Positions 49,285 to 58,803 of a stretch of DNA of 64,000 bases are shown here, piece after piece. Both the position numbers and the translations under genes were made by a program. This stretch comes from a virus: the IMG/VR virus record IMGVR_UViG_3300028393_000035, positions 33,492 to 97,491 of that record; one strand, 5' to 3'. Numbering within the stretch: the stretch's first letter is position 1; the number at the start of each line of letters is the position of its first letter. The notes beneath the pieces were generated by a model. The model saw only the letters and a list, made by a program, of their open reading frames with translations. It had not been told where the DNA came from and did no database searches.

Positions 49285-49437
49285 TTAACTCGCTATTAGT
49301 TGTGATTCTAATACGTATTTGTAACTGTGAAAGTCTTTTGAACCGCAATTTTGACAAACGGCAACGCCATCTCTAATTTTTAGTCCGCAATCTCCACAAT
49401 TAACAATTTTAATTGACTTAGGAGGATGCTTGGGCAT
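49285..49437 (-). CDS. Small Zn-ribbon protein
   Basis: Start set at MPKHPP; CGDC...CQNC. Confidence 0.55.
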   Translation of the reverse strand: MPKHPPKSIKIVNCGDCGLKIRDGVAVCQNCGSKDFHSYKYVLESQLIAS

Positions 49438-49732
49438 TTGGATCAACCGGCGCAACTGGCGCTGGGTCTGGAGTTGGAGCAGGAGGATTATCAATAGCAT
49501 CTACGATGTCTTGAGCCTCCTTAGAAAACTTAGTCCTAGCCTCCGCAACCCGGCGAATAAAGTCAACCTGAGTTTCAGTAGAAACGTCTACCGATCCGCT
49601 ATTGGGATCAGATAGATCGGCTACCTGCTGCTCAAGATTAGCAATGCGCTGATAGGCGATTGAAAGATCCTGAGCCTTAGCCTCATTCTGAAGCTCAAGC
49701 GACCTTAGGATTGATCGGATTTCGTTATCCAT
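49418..49732 (-). CDS. Coiled-coil hypothetical protein
   Basis: TAATG coupling to the upstream gene. Confidence 0.65.
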   Translation of the reverse strand: MDNEIRSILRSLELQNEAKAQDLSIAYQRIANLEQQVADLSDPNSGSVDVSTETQVDFIRRVAEARTKFSKEAQDIVDAIDNPPAPTPDPAPVAPVDPNAQASS

Positions 49733-50043
49733 TACTTCTTGATCTCCTCAATAGTCTTAGCAACCTTGTCAACCTCGTCCTGACTTGTAGGGACAACGAT
49801 GTTAGAGCCTTCTGGAAGCTCGTTAGCTGCATCAGTAGCCTTCTGGAAAAACTCCAGAGCCTGACTACGAGTAAGCTGGAAACGGTAGCTGCCACTGGGT
49901 ACGCGCAGGGGGTTACCATCTGGACCCTGAATTGGGAACGTCATTCCGGCAACAAAAACAAGCTCAAGAACGCCTTCCTTGCCAGCTTCTACGTCAACAT
50001 TGCCAACGCTAGCTCCTACCAATTCAATAGTTGAATCGAACAC
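49732..50043 (-). CDS. Hypothetical protein
   Basis: GTG start, biased codons. Confidence 0.65.
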   Translation of the reverse strand: MFDSTIELVGASVGNVDVEAGKEGVLELVFVAGMTFPIQGPDGNPLRVPSGSYRFQLTRSQALEFFQKATDAANELPEGSNIVVPTSQDEVDKVAKTIEEIKK

Positions 50044-50185
50044 TATATTTCTCTTTTCTTTGTTAGTTTGTACTCAACTGAGTGCGTATAATGTAGCAGA
50101 TAGTTATTTGGTTTGCAAATCGATCAAAAGTGTGTATACTGACCGTGTGCTACAAAGCACTCCATATAATAAAGGAGCGATTTAA

Positions 50186-50377
50186 ATGAAAAAGAAGAAT
50201 GTTGCATTTAAAGATAAGGGTCCCAAGGATGATGGCAGCCGTTGGCTTGTCATTGGCGAGGACGGACGGCCTGTATATCAGGGCAAGGGTGTCAAGAAGT
50301 CTGATGCAGAGATGCTTGCTGGTCATCTAGTGCAATCTGCTACGCTTGAGATGATTGTACCTCCAACAGAAGGCTGA
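50186..50377 (+). CDS. Hypothetical protein
   Basis: AAGGAG SD; upstream TTGCAA-16-TATACT promoter (50113-50140). Confidence 0.65.
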   Translation: MKKKNVAFKDKGPKDDGSRWLVIGEDGRPVYQGKGVKKSDAEMLAGHLVQSATLEMIVPPTEG

Positions 50378-50379
50378 TA

Positions 50380-50799
50380 ATGCAAACATTTGTACCATAT
50401 GATGATTTTGAGCTTACTGCTATGACGCTTGATAATAAGCGACTTAATAAGCAGCGCATTGAGTCATTTCAAATCCTACGCGCTATTACTGATGACACTT
50501 ATGGCTGGCAGTCACATCCCGCAGTTCATATGTGGCGTGGTTATGTTGGCGGACTAGTTTCATACAGTCTTGCCATGTGTCGTGAGTGGCGCTTGCGCGA
50601 TGGTGCTGACAATACTGACCTTGAGGGTCGCATTGCAGCATTTGGTGCAGATGACAAGCTTCCAGCATGGTGGGGTGATGAGCGTGTGCATGAATCGCAC
50701 CGCTCTAACCTCTACCATAAGGAACCATCTTGGTATGATCAGTTCTGGACTAATTTGCCAGAGCTACCATACTTTTGGCCTACTAAAGAAGGTTACTGA
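50380..50799 (+). CDS. Pyrimidine-dimer DNA glycosylase (T4 endonuclease V/MSMEG_6728 family)
   Basis: MQTF.PY...LD.KRL.KQRIE..QI...HPAV.MWRG...H.SHRSNL..K motifs. Confidence 0.88.
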   Translation: MQTFVPYDDFELTAMTLDNKRLNKQRIESFQILRAITDDTYGWQSHPAVHMWRGYVGGLVSYSLAMCREWRLRDGADNTDLEGRIAAFGADDKLPAWWGDERVHESHRSNLYHKEPSWYDQFWTNLPELPYFWPTKEGY

Positions 50800-53744
50800 G
50801 TCCAATCAGAAGGAATTGTAAGGTCGCCCGGTTCATCTGGGCGGTCTACATTACATATTGGGCACCAAGGGTAAGATTCAGCTTGTAGCTCTGCTAATTC
50901 GGAAGCGGAATACTCTGTCATATAATCAGTGATGAGAAGATTATGCTCGCCGTCTTCATGAGCGTACTTTTCTGATTCCTTGATCTCATCTACAATTGAA
51001 TTATAAATTTCATTCCAATTGACTTTAGATTCATCAATGATGCTCGCTGTTTCATCTGCCTTTGGATCCATGCCAAAGATTTCATCAAAACCTTCAGTAA
51101 GAGCTTGAGCGCCTTCGCTCATATGCTCCCGTCCTGTTGGGCGCTCATCATAAGGAATATCATTCCATTCTTGAGCGTTTTCTAAAGCCTGCTTATTATG
51201 AGGGGCAATGACTGTTTGTGTTGCCCAAATAGCAAATTCATTAACAGGGACAAAATTCTTAACCATTTCCCTTGATTGCGTATAAGGTCCATAATCATTA
51301 TCCATCATTACTTTGGTATTCCAAGTTTCCCAATTGGTTGAGCCTTGATAATCTGATGTTTTGGCAACTCGCTGCCATTGATTGTTGTAAACAACCCATT
51401 GATAATTATTTTCATCAATCATTCTTATGTCTTTATTAATTGGATCCATATATGGCTGATTAGGATAAATTCCTTCATCGCCATTTGATAATCCTGTTTG
51501 ATCCTGCGGAATTTGAACACTTGGCAAAGGAGTTTCTGCCCATTCAGGGTGCTTTGCTAGTTCTTCTTGAAATTTTTGATCACCATAAAATTTTGGACTT
51601 AATTGAGGAGCATTTAAAGCTTTTTGCTGATCTTCCCGTAATTGCATAGCTCTTTGGGTTTCAATGTCTTGAATTTGCTCTTCTGGCTCTTGAGCTTCAT
51701 TAAATGACCAATTGGAAGCTGGAATATAAGGTTCGCTAATTCCAAGAGCGGCTCCAAAATTGCTGCCGTAGACATACTTATCTTGCTCTGAATCCCATGT
51801 CATTCCAAAAGCAGCATTAATTTTATTAGGATCATTGTCAAAAAATTCAATTAACCGTTGTTGATCCTCTGGAGAAATAACTTCATTTAATTGAGTTAAA
51901 TGGCCTCCATTTTCAAGCATTTGTTGAATTAAAAATAGGTGCAGATCAAGAGTCAAATCTGAACCAATATCCATTCCATTAACAGTGGCATGAGAGGGAT
52001 CCGCTGACGCTTGAATAGTTTCTGTATAAGTTTGAGCGTCTAAAGTTGGCGTAATATTTAATGACGCCCACCATTGCATGATTGCATTTTCAATATTTTG
52101 AGCTATGTATCCATCCATCGGTCCAAAAACGTGAGCGTTTTCAGCAATATTTACATATTTATACCCACTTGAATAAATTGCCCGACCTTCTTTATTGATT
52201 AGTTCTCGTTTGTCGCGCCTTATTCCTCTTTGCCTGTATCTTGGTACGCTTTTTAAAGATTTTTCCCTATCATCTGTCTGCCAGCGCAAATTTCTTGGAA
52301 TTTGAATCATAAACTTGTCAGGGTTTTCTTTAAGGAATTCCAATCCTCTACTTTGAAGTTCTTCATTTGAAGGAATTAATAAATTGCCTAATCCTTGATT
52401 ATAAAATTGTATATCTGTATCTGAAAAATCAGTAGGGTCTAAAATGTAATTTTTATTACGCACATTTGTTTTTTCATGTATTCCGCCCTCATATTCTTCC
52501 TGCCTTCTTTCCCAATTATTGGTGATGCCAATCACAATAGTTGAATTATATTGAAAAATATAAAGGTAGCCGGGTTCATTTGGTTTGTAACCGCTTGTTT
52601 GATAAGTCCATTCGGGGTTCCAGCCTCCTTCTAATTGATCTTCGTGAATTTGCTTTTGTTTAGCCAATTCGTTCATTACGTTACGCATAACCGACCTATG
52701 ATATTTATTATTATAATCAAGGCCAGCCTGCTCTAACCAATATTGAATATTCCACGGCTTAGAATTTACGCCGTCAACTTTTCTTTTTTGATTTTCTTTA
52801 ACAATGGTTCTTAAAGACCTAAGAAGGCGCGTTTTAATTTTTAAAACTTGCGTTTTTGTAAGATTTTGCTCTTTACAATTAGGACAACTTGGTTCTCTTA
52901 CCGTTGCAATTTCTACATCTTTATTGCAATTATCGCAATGAGCTATACCTTTTGAATTGGCCGGTTGACGCCCCTCAACTGGAATAATTTCTTTTAATTT
53001 TAAATTGCGATCATTGTAAATTTGTTTTTTATTCCACTCGTCAACCGTTCTTTCTAAACGATTACAATTAGGACATTTTGGATTACTCACCTTTGCGATC
53101 TCTACATCTTCGTCGCAGTTGTCGCAGTGAGCCATACCTTTTGATTGAGCAGGAGATTTGCCCTCCGCAGTCACGAATTTTATTAATTTTAAATTTTCAG
53201 TTTCATACCTTTTATCTTTATTCCATTCTTCAACTGATTTCGTTTGATCTTGACAGTTGGGGCATGATGGTCTTCTAACATGTTTAATTATTACATCTTC
53301 GTCGCAGTTGTCGCAGTGAGCCATACCCGGTCCATCAGCGGGAGATTTTCCTTTAACGGGTATAAAATCTATCAACTTTAAATTTTGAGTTGTATACTTT
53401 TCATTTTTATTCCATTGTTCAATAGAAATTGGAGGCCGCCCTCCTCCAAACTTCCAAGATCCGGCCCTAATCCCAGCTTTATCATCCCTAAACGGATCAA
53501 GGGGGAAGTTTTTAATAGGCTCTGATACACTATTAGGCCAATCACAAAGAGGACAGCGGCCATCAACAAGATTATTCTGATTGCAAGTTTTGCAAGGAGT
53601 GTCAGATTCCTTGCCCTTGCCTTCAGGGTATCCTCCGCCGGGGCGGGCTACGTTAGGATAATGGTCGGGCTGAACGGCCTTGCCGGATGAATCGTCTTCT
53701 CCCCAATCGGAGTCCGGCTTGTGGCTAAAATTCCAAATGCTCAT
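50793..53744 (-). CDS. 983-aa mosaic protein with 3 Zn-ribbon repeats and a GIY-YIG-like nuclease domain
   Basis: AHCDNC.EDV.I......CPNC x3; GYLYIF...IGITN...R...IE..I...YTET. Confidence 0.7.
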   Translation of the reverse strand: MSIWNFSHKPDSDWGEDDSSGKAVQPDHYPNVARPGGGYPEGKGKESDTPCKTCNQNNLVDGRCPLCDWPNSVSEPIKNFPLDPFRDDKAGIRAGSWKFGGGRPPISIEQWNKNEKYTTQNLKLIDFIPVKGKSPADGPGMAHCDNCDEDVIIKHVRRPSCPNCQDQTKSVEEWNKDKRYETENLKLIKFVTAEGKSPAQSKGMAHCDNCDEDVEIAKVSNPKCPNCNRLERTVDEWNKKQIYNDRNLKLKEIIPVEGRQPANSKGIAHCDNCNKDVEIATVREPSCPNCKEQNLTKTQVLKIKTRLLRSLRTIVKENQKRKVDGVNSKPWNIQYWLEQAGLDYNNKYHRSVMRNVMNELAKQKQIHEDQLEGGWNPEWTYQTSGYKPNEPGYLYIFQYNSTIVIGITNNWERRQEEYEGGIHEKTNVRNKNYILDPTDFSDTDIQFYNQGLGNLLIPSNEELQSRGLEFLKENPDKFMIQIPRNLRWQTDDREKSLKSVPRYRQRGIRRDKRELINKEGRAIYSSGYKYVNIAENAHVFGPMDGYIAQNIENAIMQWWASLNITPTLDAQTYTETIQASADPSHATVNGMDIGSDLTLDLHLFLIQQMLENGGHLTQLNEVISPEDQQRLIEFFDNDPNKINAAFGMTWDSEQDKYVYGSNFGAALGISEPYIPASNWSFNEAQEPEEQIQDIETQRAMQLREDQQKALNAPQLSPKFYGDQKFQEELAKHPEWAETPLPSVQIPQDQTGLSNGDEGIYPNQPYMDPINKDIRMIDENNYQWVVYNNQWQRVAKTSDYQGSTNWETWNTKVMMDNDYGPYTQSREMVKNFVPVNEFAIWATQTVIAPHNKQALENAQEWNDIPYDERPTGREHMSEGAQALTEGFDEIFGMDPKADETASIIDESKVNWNEIYNSIVDEIKESEKYAHEDGEHNLLITDYMTEYSASELAELQAESYPWCPICNVDRPDEPGDLTIPSDWTQ

Positions 53745-53820
53745 GTAAATTAAGGGCGGGGATTGAGTCGTTCGATAGGATCTGCTAAACTACAATGACT
53801 GTCAATTAGAAAGGGACATT

Positions 53821-54087
53821 ATGTTCAGACGTTTTATTAATTATATAAAAAATCGTGGACTTTGTTTTTCTGCCGTATCTAGGTCCAACAAGGTAGTTCT
53901 ATCAATTTGCTCTGACATCAATGCTGCGCGGATTGTAACCCCATATGACGATGAGCTAATAGACGGCATTGAGAATATCGTTGAGGCTCTTACAAAGGCT
54001 TACAAGGGCGCTCAGGACAAGGGTGATGAGGTAGTAATGGCAGAGATTCACAGCATTAAGCATGAGATTATGAAGAGCGAATCATGA
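53821..54087 (+). CDS. Hypothetical protein
   Basis: SD-like AAGGGA; ATGA overlap with thyX. Confidence 0.6.
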   Translation: MFRRFINYIKNRGLCFSAVSRSNKVVLSICSDINAARIVTPYDDELIDGIENIVEALTKAYKGAQDKGDEVVMAEIHSIKHEIMKSES

Positions 54088-54758
54088 TCAAGGTATTTCC
54101 CCCGCATGGGTGGGTTGATCTAGAAAATCACAGTGGTTCAGACCTAAGTGTAGTTAATGCCGCTAAGGTGTCGTTTGCCAAGCAGTCAGATGGATTTGGC
54201 GAGGATGAAAAGCGGGTGCTTAGCTTTCTGCTTAGGGAAAAGCATGGCAGCCCATTTGAACACAATTACTTCAAGTTTCATGTACGCGCACCGATCTTTG
54301 TTGTTCGTGAATGGCAGCGTCATCGCATTGGATTTTCATACAATGAGGAGTCGGGGCGCTACAGCGAACTAAGGCCAGATTTTTATGTGCCAGAAGAAGC
54401 TCGTATTCAAGAAGGTCGCCCCGGAGCATATGTATTTGAAGATGGCGATGATGCGCAAACAGAGCAGCTTAGAACTGCTGTAATGATGCACTCAAAGAAT
54501 GCTTTTAAATACTATAACGATCTGCTAGACTCTGGCATTGCAAAAGAGCAAGCGAGGATCGTATTGCCGCTTAATACATACACAGAGTTTTATTTCAGTT
54601 GTAATGCAAGAAGTCTTATGAGCTTCTTGGAGCTTCGTATGTCATCTCACGCAATGTATGAGATTAGAAAATACGCCGAAGCGATATATAAACTTTGGAA
54701 AGATGCCATGCCGCATACTGCGAAGGCATTTGAAACACATGGGTTTATTGCCCCCTAA
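54084..54758 (+). CDS. thyX: Flavin-dependent thymidylate synthase
   Basis: HGSPFEH, REWQRHR..SYNEESGRY (ThyX motif), EQAR..LP, FLELR...A..EIR. Confidence 0.96.
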   Translation: MIKVFPPHGWVDLENHSGSDLSVVNAAKVSFAKQSDGFGEDEKRVLSFLLREKHGSPFEHNYFKFHVRAPIFVVREWQRHRIGFSYNEESGRYSELRPDFYVPEEARIQEGRPGAYVFEDGDDAQTEQLRTAVMMHSKNAFKYYNDLLDSGIAKEQARIVLPLNTYTEFYFSCNARSLMSFLELRMSSHAMYEIRKYAEAIYKLWKDAMPHTAKAFETHGFIAP

Positions 54759-54771
54759 CAAAGGAGAATTA

Positions 54772-55038
54772 ATGAAAATTAGAGAAATTGATCCTTCTGA
54801 ATTAGAAGGATTTGCAGAACTTATAAAACCTGCAAATAATGCGCAATGCACTTGTGTTTGCGGAGAGATCCTGTCTAAACCAGCGGCTCAGGCAAAGATT
54901 CTAGACGCCCTTGCAAATAATGCACATAGGCTTTCAAAGCTTAGTGCTGCTACTGGCGATGATTATTACGCTAACAATGCGGAAGAAAACAGAAAACTTT
55001 GGCAAGAACTTCGAACTGCGTTTGGGCTTGATGACTAA
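54772..55038 (+). CDS. Hypothetical protein
   Basis: Start set at MKIREI after AAGGAG SD. Confidence 0.6.
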   Translation: MKIREIDPSELEGFAELIKPANNAQCTCVCGEILSKPAAQAKILDALANNAHRLSKLSAATGDDYYANNAEENRKLWQELRTAFGLDD

Positions 55039-55149
55039 GCTATATTTTAACTGACTTAGCATAGTTAATTTATACAAATAGCGCATTGGAACAACCGTCC
55101 GGGGATTGCTCTGGCAGGCCAATGGCATAAATTAAAGGAAATATATTAA

Positions 55150-56334
55150 ATGCCTCAAGCAAATACAGCTTATGACATTATGGGTGGTTTAGAAGTTACT
55201 CAGTCTACTACAACTGCCGCGTATGATACAGTAACGGTATCTTCTGGTGTATACAGAAATCGCACCGTTGGCGTTACAACTTATGCTAATAGTGCTTACG
55301 TTTCTGTCGTAGGCGCTTCGGTAACGGGCACGGGTTCATCCTCAACCCCCCTTGCTCTTGCAGCTACTGGTTACAAGCGCATCGACCTTGTTGTTTACGA
55401 TACAAGTTCGTCAACATTTAAGGTTATTACTGGTACAGCCGTTCTTGCAGCCGCTACTGCTATTACCCCTACTATTGCTTCGGCAACTCAATTTCCACTT
55501 GCTACCATTGCCGTTTCTGATTTAGCAATTAGCAGGCGTATTGATGTTCGTGACACTGCTGATTACCTTCCAGTCCGTGCGTTTAACCGTTCGCAAAATG
55601 TTCGTATTGGTAAGCAGGTTGTTAGGTCGGTAAATAACGTTTACGTTGATTTGAACGATCCCGTATCCGCTAAGGAGCTTGCTTATCACTCGTCAATTGG
55701 AGCAATTTATGTTACTGGTTCTATTACTAGTGCAAACTCTGACCTTCAGGTTAATACTGGCCTTAAGCCCGGCCTTGGTTCTTTTGCAAGTTCCAATCAG
55801 CCTCTGACTGCTAGCGCTGGCGAGATTCGTAATGCAGACAATCAGGTTCTTTACCCAGTTGCTTCTGCGAGTGCATTGCCAACTGCATCGGTTACGGCAA
55901 CCTCAAGTACTTCAACTGCTTGGACTTACACTGCCACTAACAACTTTGTTGTTGGTCAAAATGTAACAATTACTGGCATCACTGGTACAACAACATATAA
56001 CACTACTGGTCTTATTACCGCTAGAACTAATACGTCGTTCACCATTGCTGGCACAGGAAGCCCCGCTTCTACTAGCTCTCAATCAGGAACCGCATCTATT
56101 GCTATTCCTGTTGCTGGTACCTCTAACCTTAGAAACGATCTTATGTATCTTGACATTTCAGATCCAAATGTTCCTTTCTATGGCCTTTTGAATGGTACCG
56201 CCGCTGCTGGTACAACCGGATTGGCAGGAATTAGGTTTGCAGATCTTACTAAGGATCAAATTCCTGTTGGCGTTGTTATTGCACCTGCATCAGGTACTTC
56301 GTTTAGTATCGTTGACGTTCGTCCAGTATACTAA
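55150..56334 (+). CDS. Virion structural protein with internally duplicated domain
   Basis: Two copies of R.DL......GTA...P...DVR; Thr/Ala-rich; biased codons; AAGGA SD. Confidence 0.65.
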   Translation: MPQANTAYDIMGGLEVTQSTTTAAYDTVTVSSGVYRNRTVGVTTYANSAYVSVVGASVTGTGSSSTPLALAATGYKRIDLVVYDTSSSTFKVITGTAVLAAATAITPTIASATQFPLATIAVSDLAISRRIDVRDTADYLPVRAFNRSQNVRIGKQVVRSVNNVYVDLNDPVSAKELAYHSSIGAIYVTGSITSANSDLQVNTGLKPGLGSFASSNQPLTASAGEIRNADNQVLYPVASASALPTASVTATSSTSTAWTYTATNNFVVGQNVTITGITGTTTYNTTGLITARTNTSFTIAGTGSPASTSSQSGTASIAIPVAGTSNLRNDLMYLDISDPNVPFYGLLNGTAAAGTTGLAGIRFADLTKDQIPVGVVIAPASGTSFSIVDVRPVY

Positions 56335-56355
56335 GCAATACAAGATAACAAATGA

Positions 56356-56381
56356 TAAGGGCCGCTATATGCGGCCCTTAT
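56356..56381. terminator. Bidirectional terminator
   Basis: TAAGGGCCGC-TATAT-GCGGCCCTTA between convergent genes. Confidence 0.8.
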
Positions 56382-56531
56382 TTATTTCTGCTTAATATGC
56401 CAAGCTTTGCATTTGCGGCATTTGAAAAAATCCCATCTGCCAATATGATTAAATGCTTCATAAGCGGCAGCATAAGCAGACGCATATTTAATTCCGCACT
56501 TGCGGCTTTTAAATGCTTGGATGATGCCCAT
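56382..56531 (-). CDS. Small C-x-CxxC-xxH Zn-finger protein (49 aa)
   Basis: Below track cutoff; MGIIQAFKSRKCGIKY...FKCRKCKAWHIKQK. Confidence 0.55.
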   Translation of the reverse strand: MGIIQAFKSRKCGIKYASAYAAAYEAFNHIGRWDFFKCRKCKAWHIKQK

Positions 56532-57495
56532 TTTTAAATGACCAAGCGCCGCCCATATCCTCTACAAGAGTAAGAGGTACAGGACGATTAAAACTCTTAG
56601 TCCTTTGAACAATTTCAGCCCAATCACCGGGCATAGGCTCGCGCTGACCGCCAGATGGATTAATTGCTACAAGCCACTTACCATCTGGACCCTTAACAAA
56701 ACTGCCAGATGTATAAAATTCTGGTGATTTTTCTTCAGATGCTTTACGAGGATCAAAACCTTCGTCTGGGCCAAGTGGATGCTCTACAGCCGGAATATCA
56801 AAATGCTTTTGCAGCATATTTGCCTGACCTGCTGGGGTAGCGGGAGGAATTGAATGAGGAACATCTTCTTGTTCGTCTAAAGCAGGATTCTGCTCAAACT
56901 GCCAGCCTTCAAAAAGGGGAGGGCGAGATTCACCTTCAGGATTATATTCAGGGGCTTCAGATAGCTCTGGCACTTCGCCAAATATATCTTCGGCCTGACT
57001 GCCCATTGGGTTCTCTCCCTCTGCAAGATCCTCTGGATTCTTTTCCATAGTAGGAATGTTTTCAAGATCAGCCATAGAACTTGGCTCTGGCTTAGCATCA
57101 AACATAGCATCTCCTGCAATTGCCATATCATCTAGGCCTGATCCGCTTTCATCAACAATGGATCCCCACTGATTGATAAATTCTTTTTCGCCAATTTCTT
57201 CGTAAAGATCCCAAGTTTTATTATAAGCGTTAATGAGCGTATCAAGCTCTTCTGCATTTAATCTAATTGTATTATTATCGCTAGAAATAGCGTTAGCAAT
57301 GTAATCTGTTAAAGGATTAAGCTTCTCTTGATCGACGCCTAGCAGAATAGAAGCAAACTGAATGATGGACAAAAGACCCATAAGCCCTTCGCGGTTTTCA
57401 AAATCAATAGTGTAGTAAGTATTCTCTTTCTCACTATCTGCCTTTTTGCGAATAGGCTCATCATCGGAGCCGTCAAATAAAGAAAAGTGTCGCAT
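56509..57495 (-). CDS. Acidic hypothetical protein (putative head protein)
   Basis: Asp/Glu/Pro-rich ORF; TAATG coupling. Confidence 0.65.
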   Translation of the reverse strand: MRHFSLFDGSDDEPIRKKADSEKENTYYTIDFENREGLMGLLSIIQFASILLGVDQEKLNPLTDYIANAISSDNNTIRLNAEELDTLINAYNKTWDLYEEIGEKEFINQWGSIVDESGSGLDDMAIAGDAMFDAKPEPSSMADLENIPTMEKNPEDLAEGENPMGSQAEDIFGEVPELSEAPEYNPEGESRPPLFEGWQFEQNPALDEQEDVPHSIPPATPAGQANMLQKHFDIPAVEHPLGPDEGFDPRKASEEKSPEFYTSGSFVKGPDGKWLVAINPSGGQREPMPGDWAEIVQRTKSFNRPVPLTLVEDMGGAWSFKNGHHPSI

Positions 57496-58292
57496 TAATA
57501 TTCAGGCATTGTTGGAATATCATCTAGCCCTGATCCGGCTGCATCATATTCTGCTGTTTTAAGTGCTTCTAAGGCCTCTAAAATTTGAGCGCCCTGAGGA
57601 TTGCTTTCCCCAATTTGATTTAGGAAAACCCTTAAAGCGCCGGTAATGTTAGAAAGCTGCTCTCCAGTAAGTCTAAGAGTGTAATAAGAGCTTCCAAGAT
57701 TATCATTAGACTGATGCCAGCCAAGATGCTCATCAGGAACGCTAGAGCGATAAACTGACAGGTCGCTGCTCCTGCGCTTAGGACCGCGCTTTTGAATAAG
57801 GTTGCGGCCAAAGTCACGATTAAGTGCGCCCTCTTGATTATTGCATCCACGACAAGCAATCTGAACATTTTCAGGCAGTGGTTTTTGCACAGGACGAAGA
57901 CCCCATGGAGCCTTGCCAGCATTTACGCAGTCCTCGCACCAATTACCCTTGCCGGTAAACCAATTGCCGCCTTCGCTATAAGCCATGTGCTTATTTGCGG
58001 CAATAGAGGACTCAATAATCTCTTGCACCTGATTCATGATCTCCTGATGCGGAACGCCTGCGTCTCGCATATGCTTAATTAACTCGCGCAGTTTATTGTT
58101 TAGTTCAGGCTTGACGCTAGCGTAATCTTCGTCAGTGAACTCTTCGTTGCCAAAATTGCTGTTTTTAAGTCGCTTATCCATAGCTTCCTCTATATCTTTA
58201 ATGCTTGGAGCAACCTCACTTTCAGGTACCCCTCCGGCAATCATTTGATCTCTAAGAACAGAATCAAGAGTTTCATCAAGTTTATAACTCAT
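57495..58292 (-). CDS. Hypothetical protein with Zn ribbon
   Basis: Start set at MSYKLDE; CEDC...CRGC; shares a GSGLDD motif with the next gene. Confidence 0.65.
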   Translation of the reverse strand: MSYKLDETLDSVLRDQMIAGGVPESEVAPSIKDIEEAMDKRLKNSNFGNEEFTDEDYASVKPELNNKLRELIKHMRDAGVPHQEIMNQVQEIIESSIAANKHMAYSEGGNWFTGKGNWCEDCVNAGKAPWGLRPVQKPLPENVQIACRGCNNQEGALNRDFGRNLIQKRGPKRRSSDLSVYRSSVPDEHLGWHQSNDNLGSSYYTLRLTGEQLSNITGALRVFLNQIGESNPQGAQILEALEALKTAEYDAAGSGLDDIPTMPEY

Positions 58293-58417
58293 ACTAATTA
58301 CCCTTCGTTGTTTGAAAAAATACACCCTCTCGCGCAAACATAGGCGATTTCAGTTTTGATTTATCAATGTATTTAATTATTAAATACAAGTGGTGATGGT
58401 TGTGCTATACTGCGGCC

Positions 58418-58663
58418 ATGAATAATACACTCAAGCAAGATTCCGGAGCTAGGTTTGTCCGAAGGCAAGGCAAGTGGTTCATTGAGGTTCCATTTGAGCC
58501 GAAGGGATGGCATCCAGTTGCGAATCGAACAATATATGTCCGAAGGAAAGACCGAAAGCATGTAGGGGTAATTCTGAAGGAAAGGGTAGACCGAACGGAA
58601 TACGGCAACATATGGAGCTTTAAGAAGGGCTACAATGGCATAGGCGTCATCAGAGGCCCGTAG
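58418..58663 (+). CDS. Small basic protein, probably leaderless
   Basis: TG-C-TATACT extended -10 lies 6 nt before ATG 58418. Confidence 0.6.
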   Translation: MNNTLKQDSGARFVRRQGKWFIEVPFEPKGWHPVANRTIYVRRKDRKHVGVILKERVDRTEYGNIWSFKKGYNGIGVIRGP

Positions 58664-58710
58664 AAGGCAATCTAAAAAGCCTGCTCCGCAGGCGGGCAAG
58701 ATTGGGCGAA

Positions 58711-58803
58711 TTACGGCTTGTGTTTTTTAGAAACGCCTTTATCGCGCAGACCCTGCTTGTACTTCTTGAACTTAGCCTCGTAAGATGCTTTTTTCTTTTC
58801 CAT
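58711..58803 (-). CDS. 30-aa Lys-rich peptide
   Basis: MEKKKASYEAKFKKYKQGLRDKGVSKKHKP; preceded by TTAATTAAC like other late genes. Confidence 0.35.
   Translation of the reverse strand: MEKKKASYEAKFKKYKQGLRDKGVSKKHKP

Noticed and set aside
50793-53744. Intein or group I intron around the nuclease module
   Set aside because: No C/S...HN-C/S/T splice motifs and no break in the reading frame.
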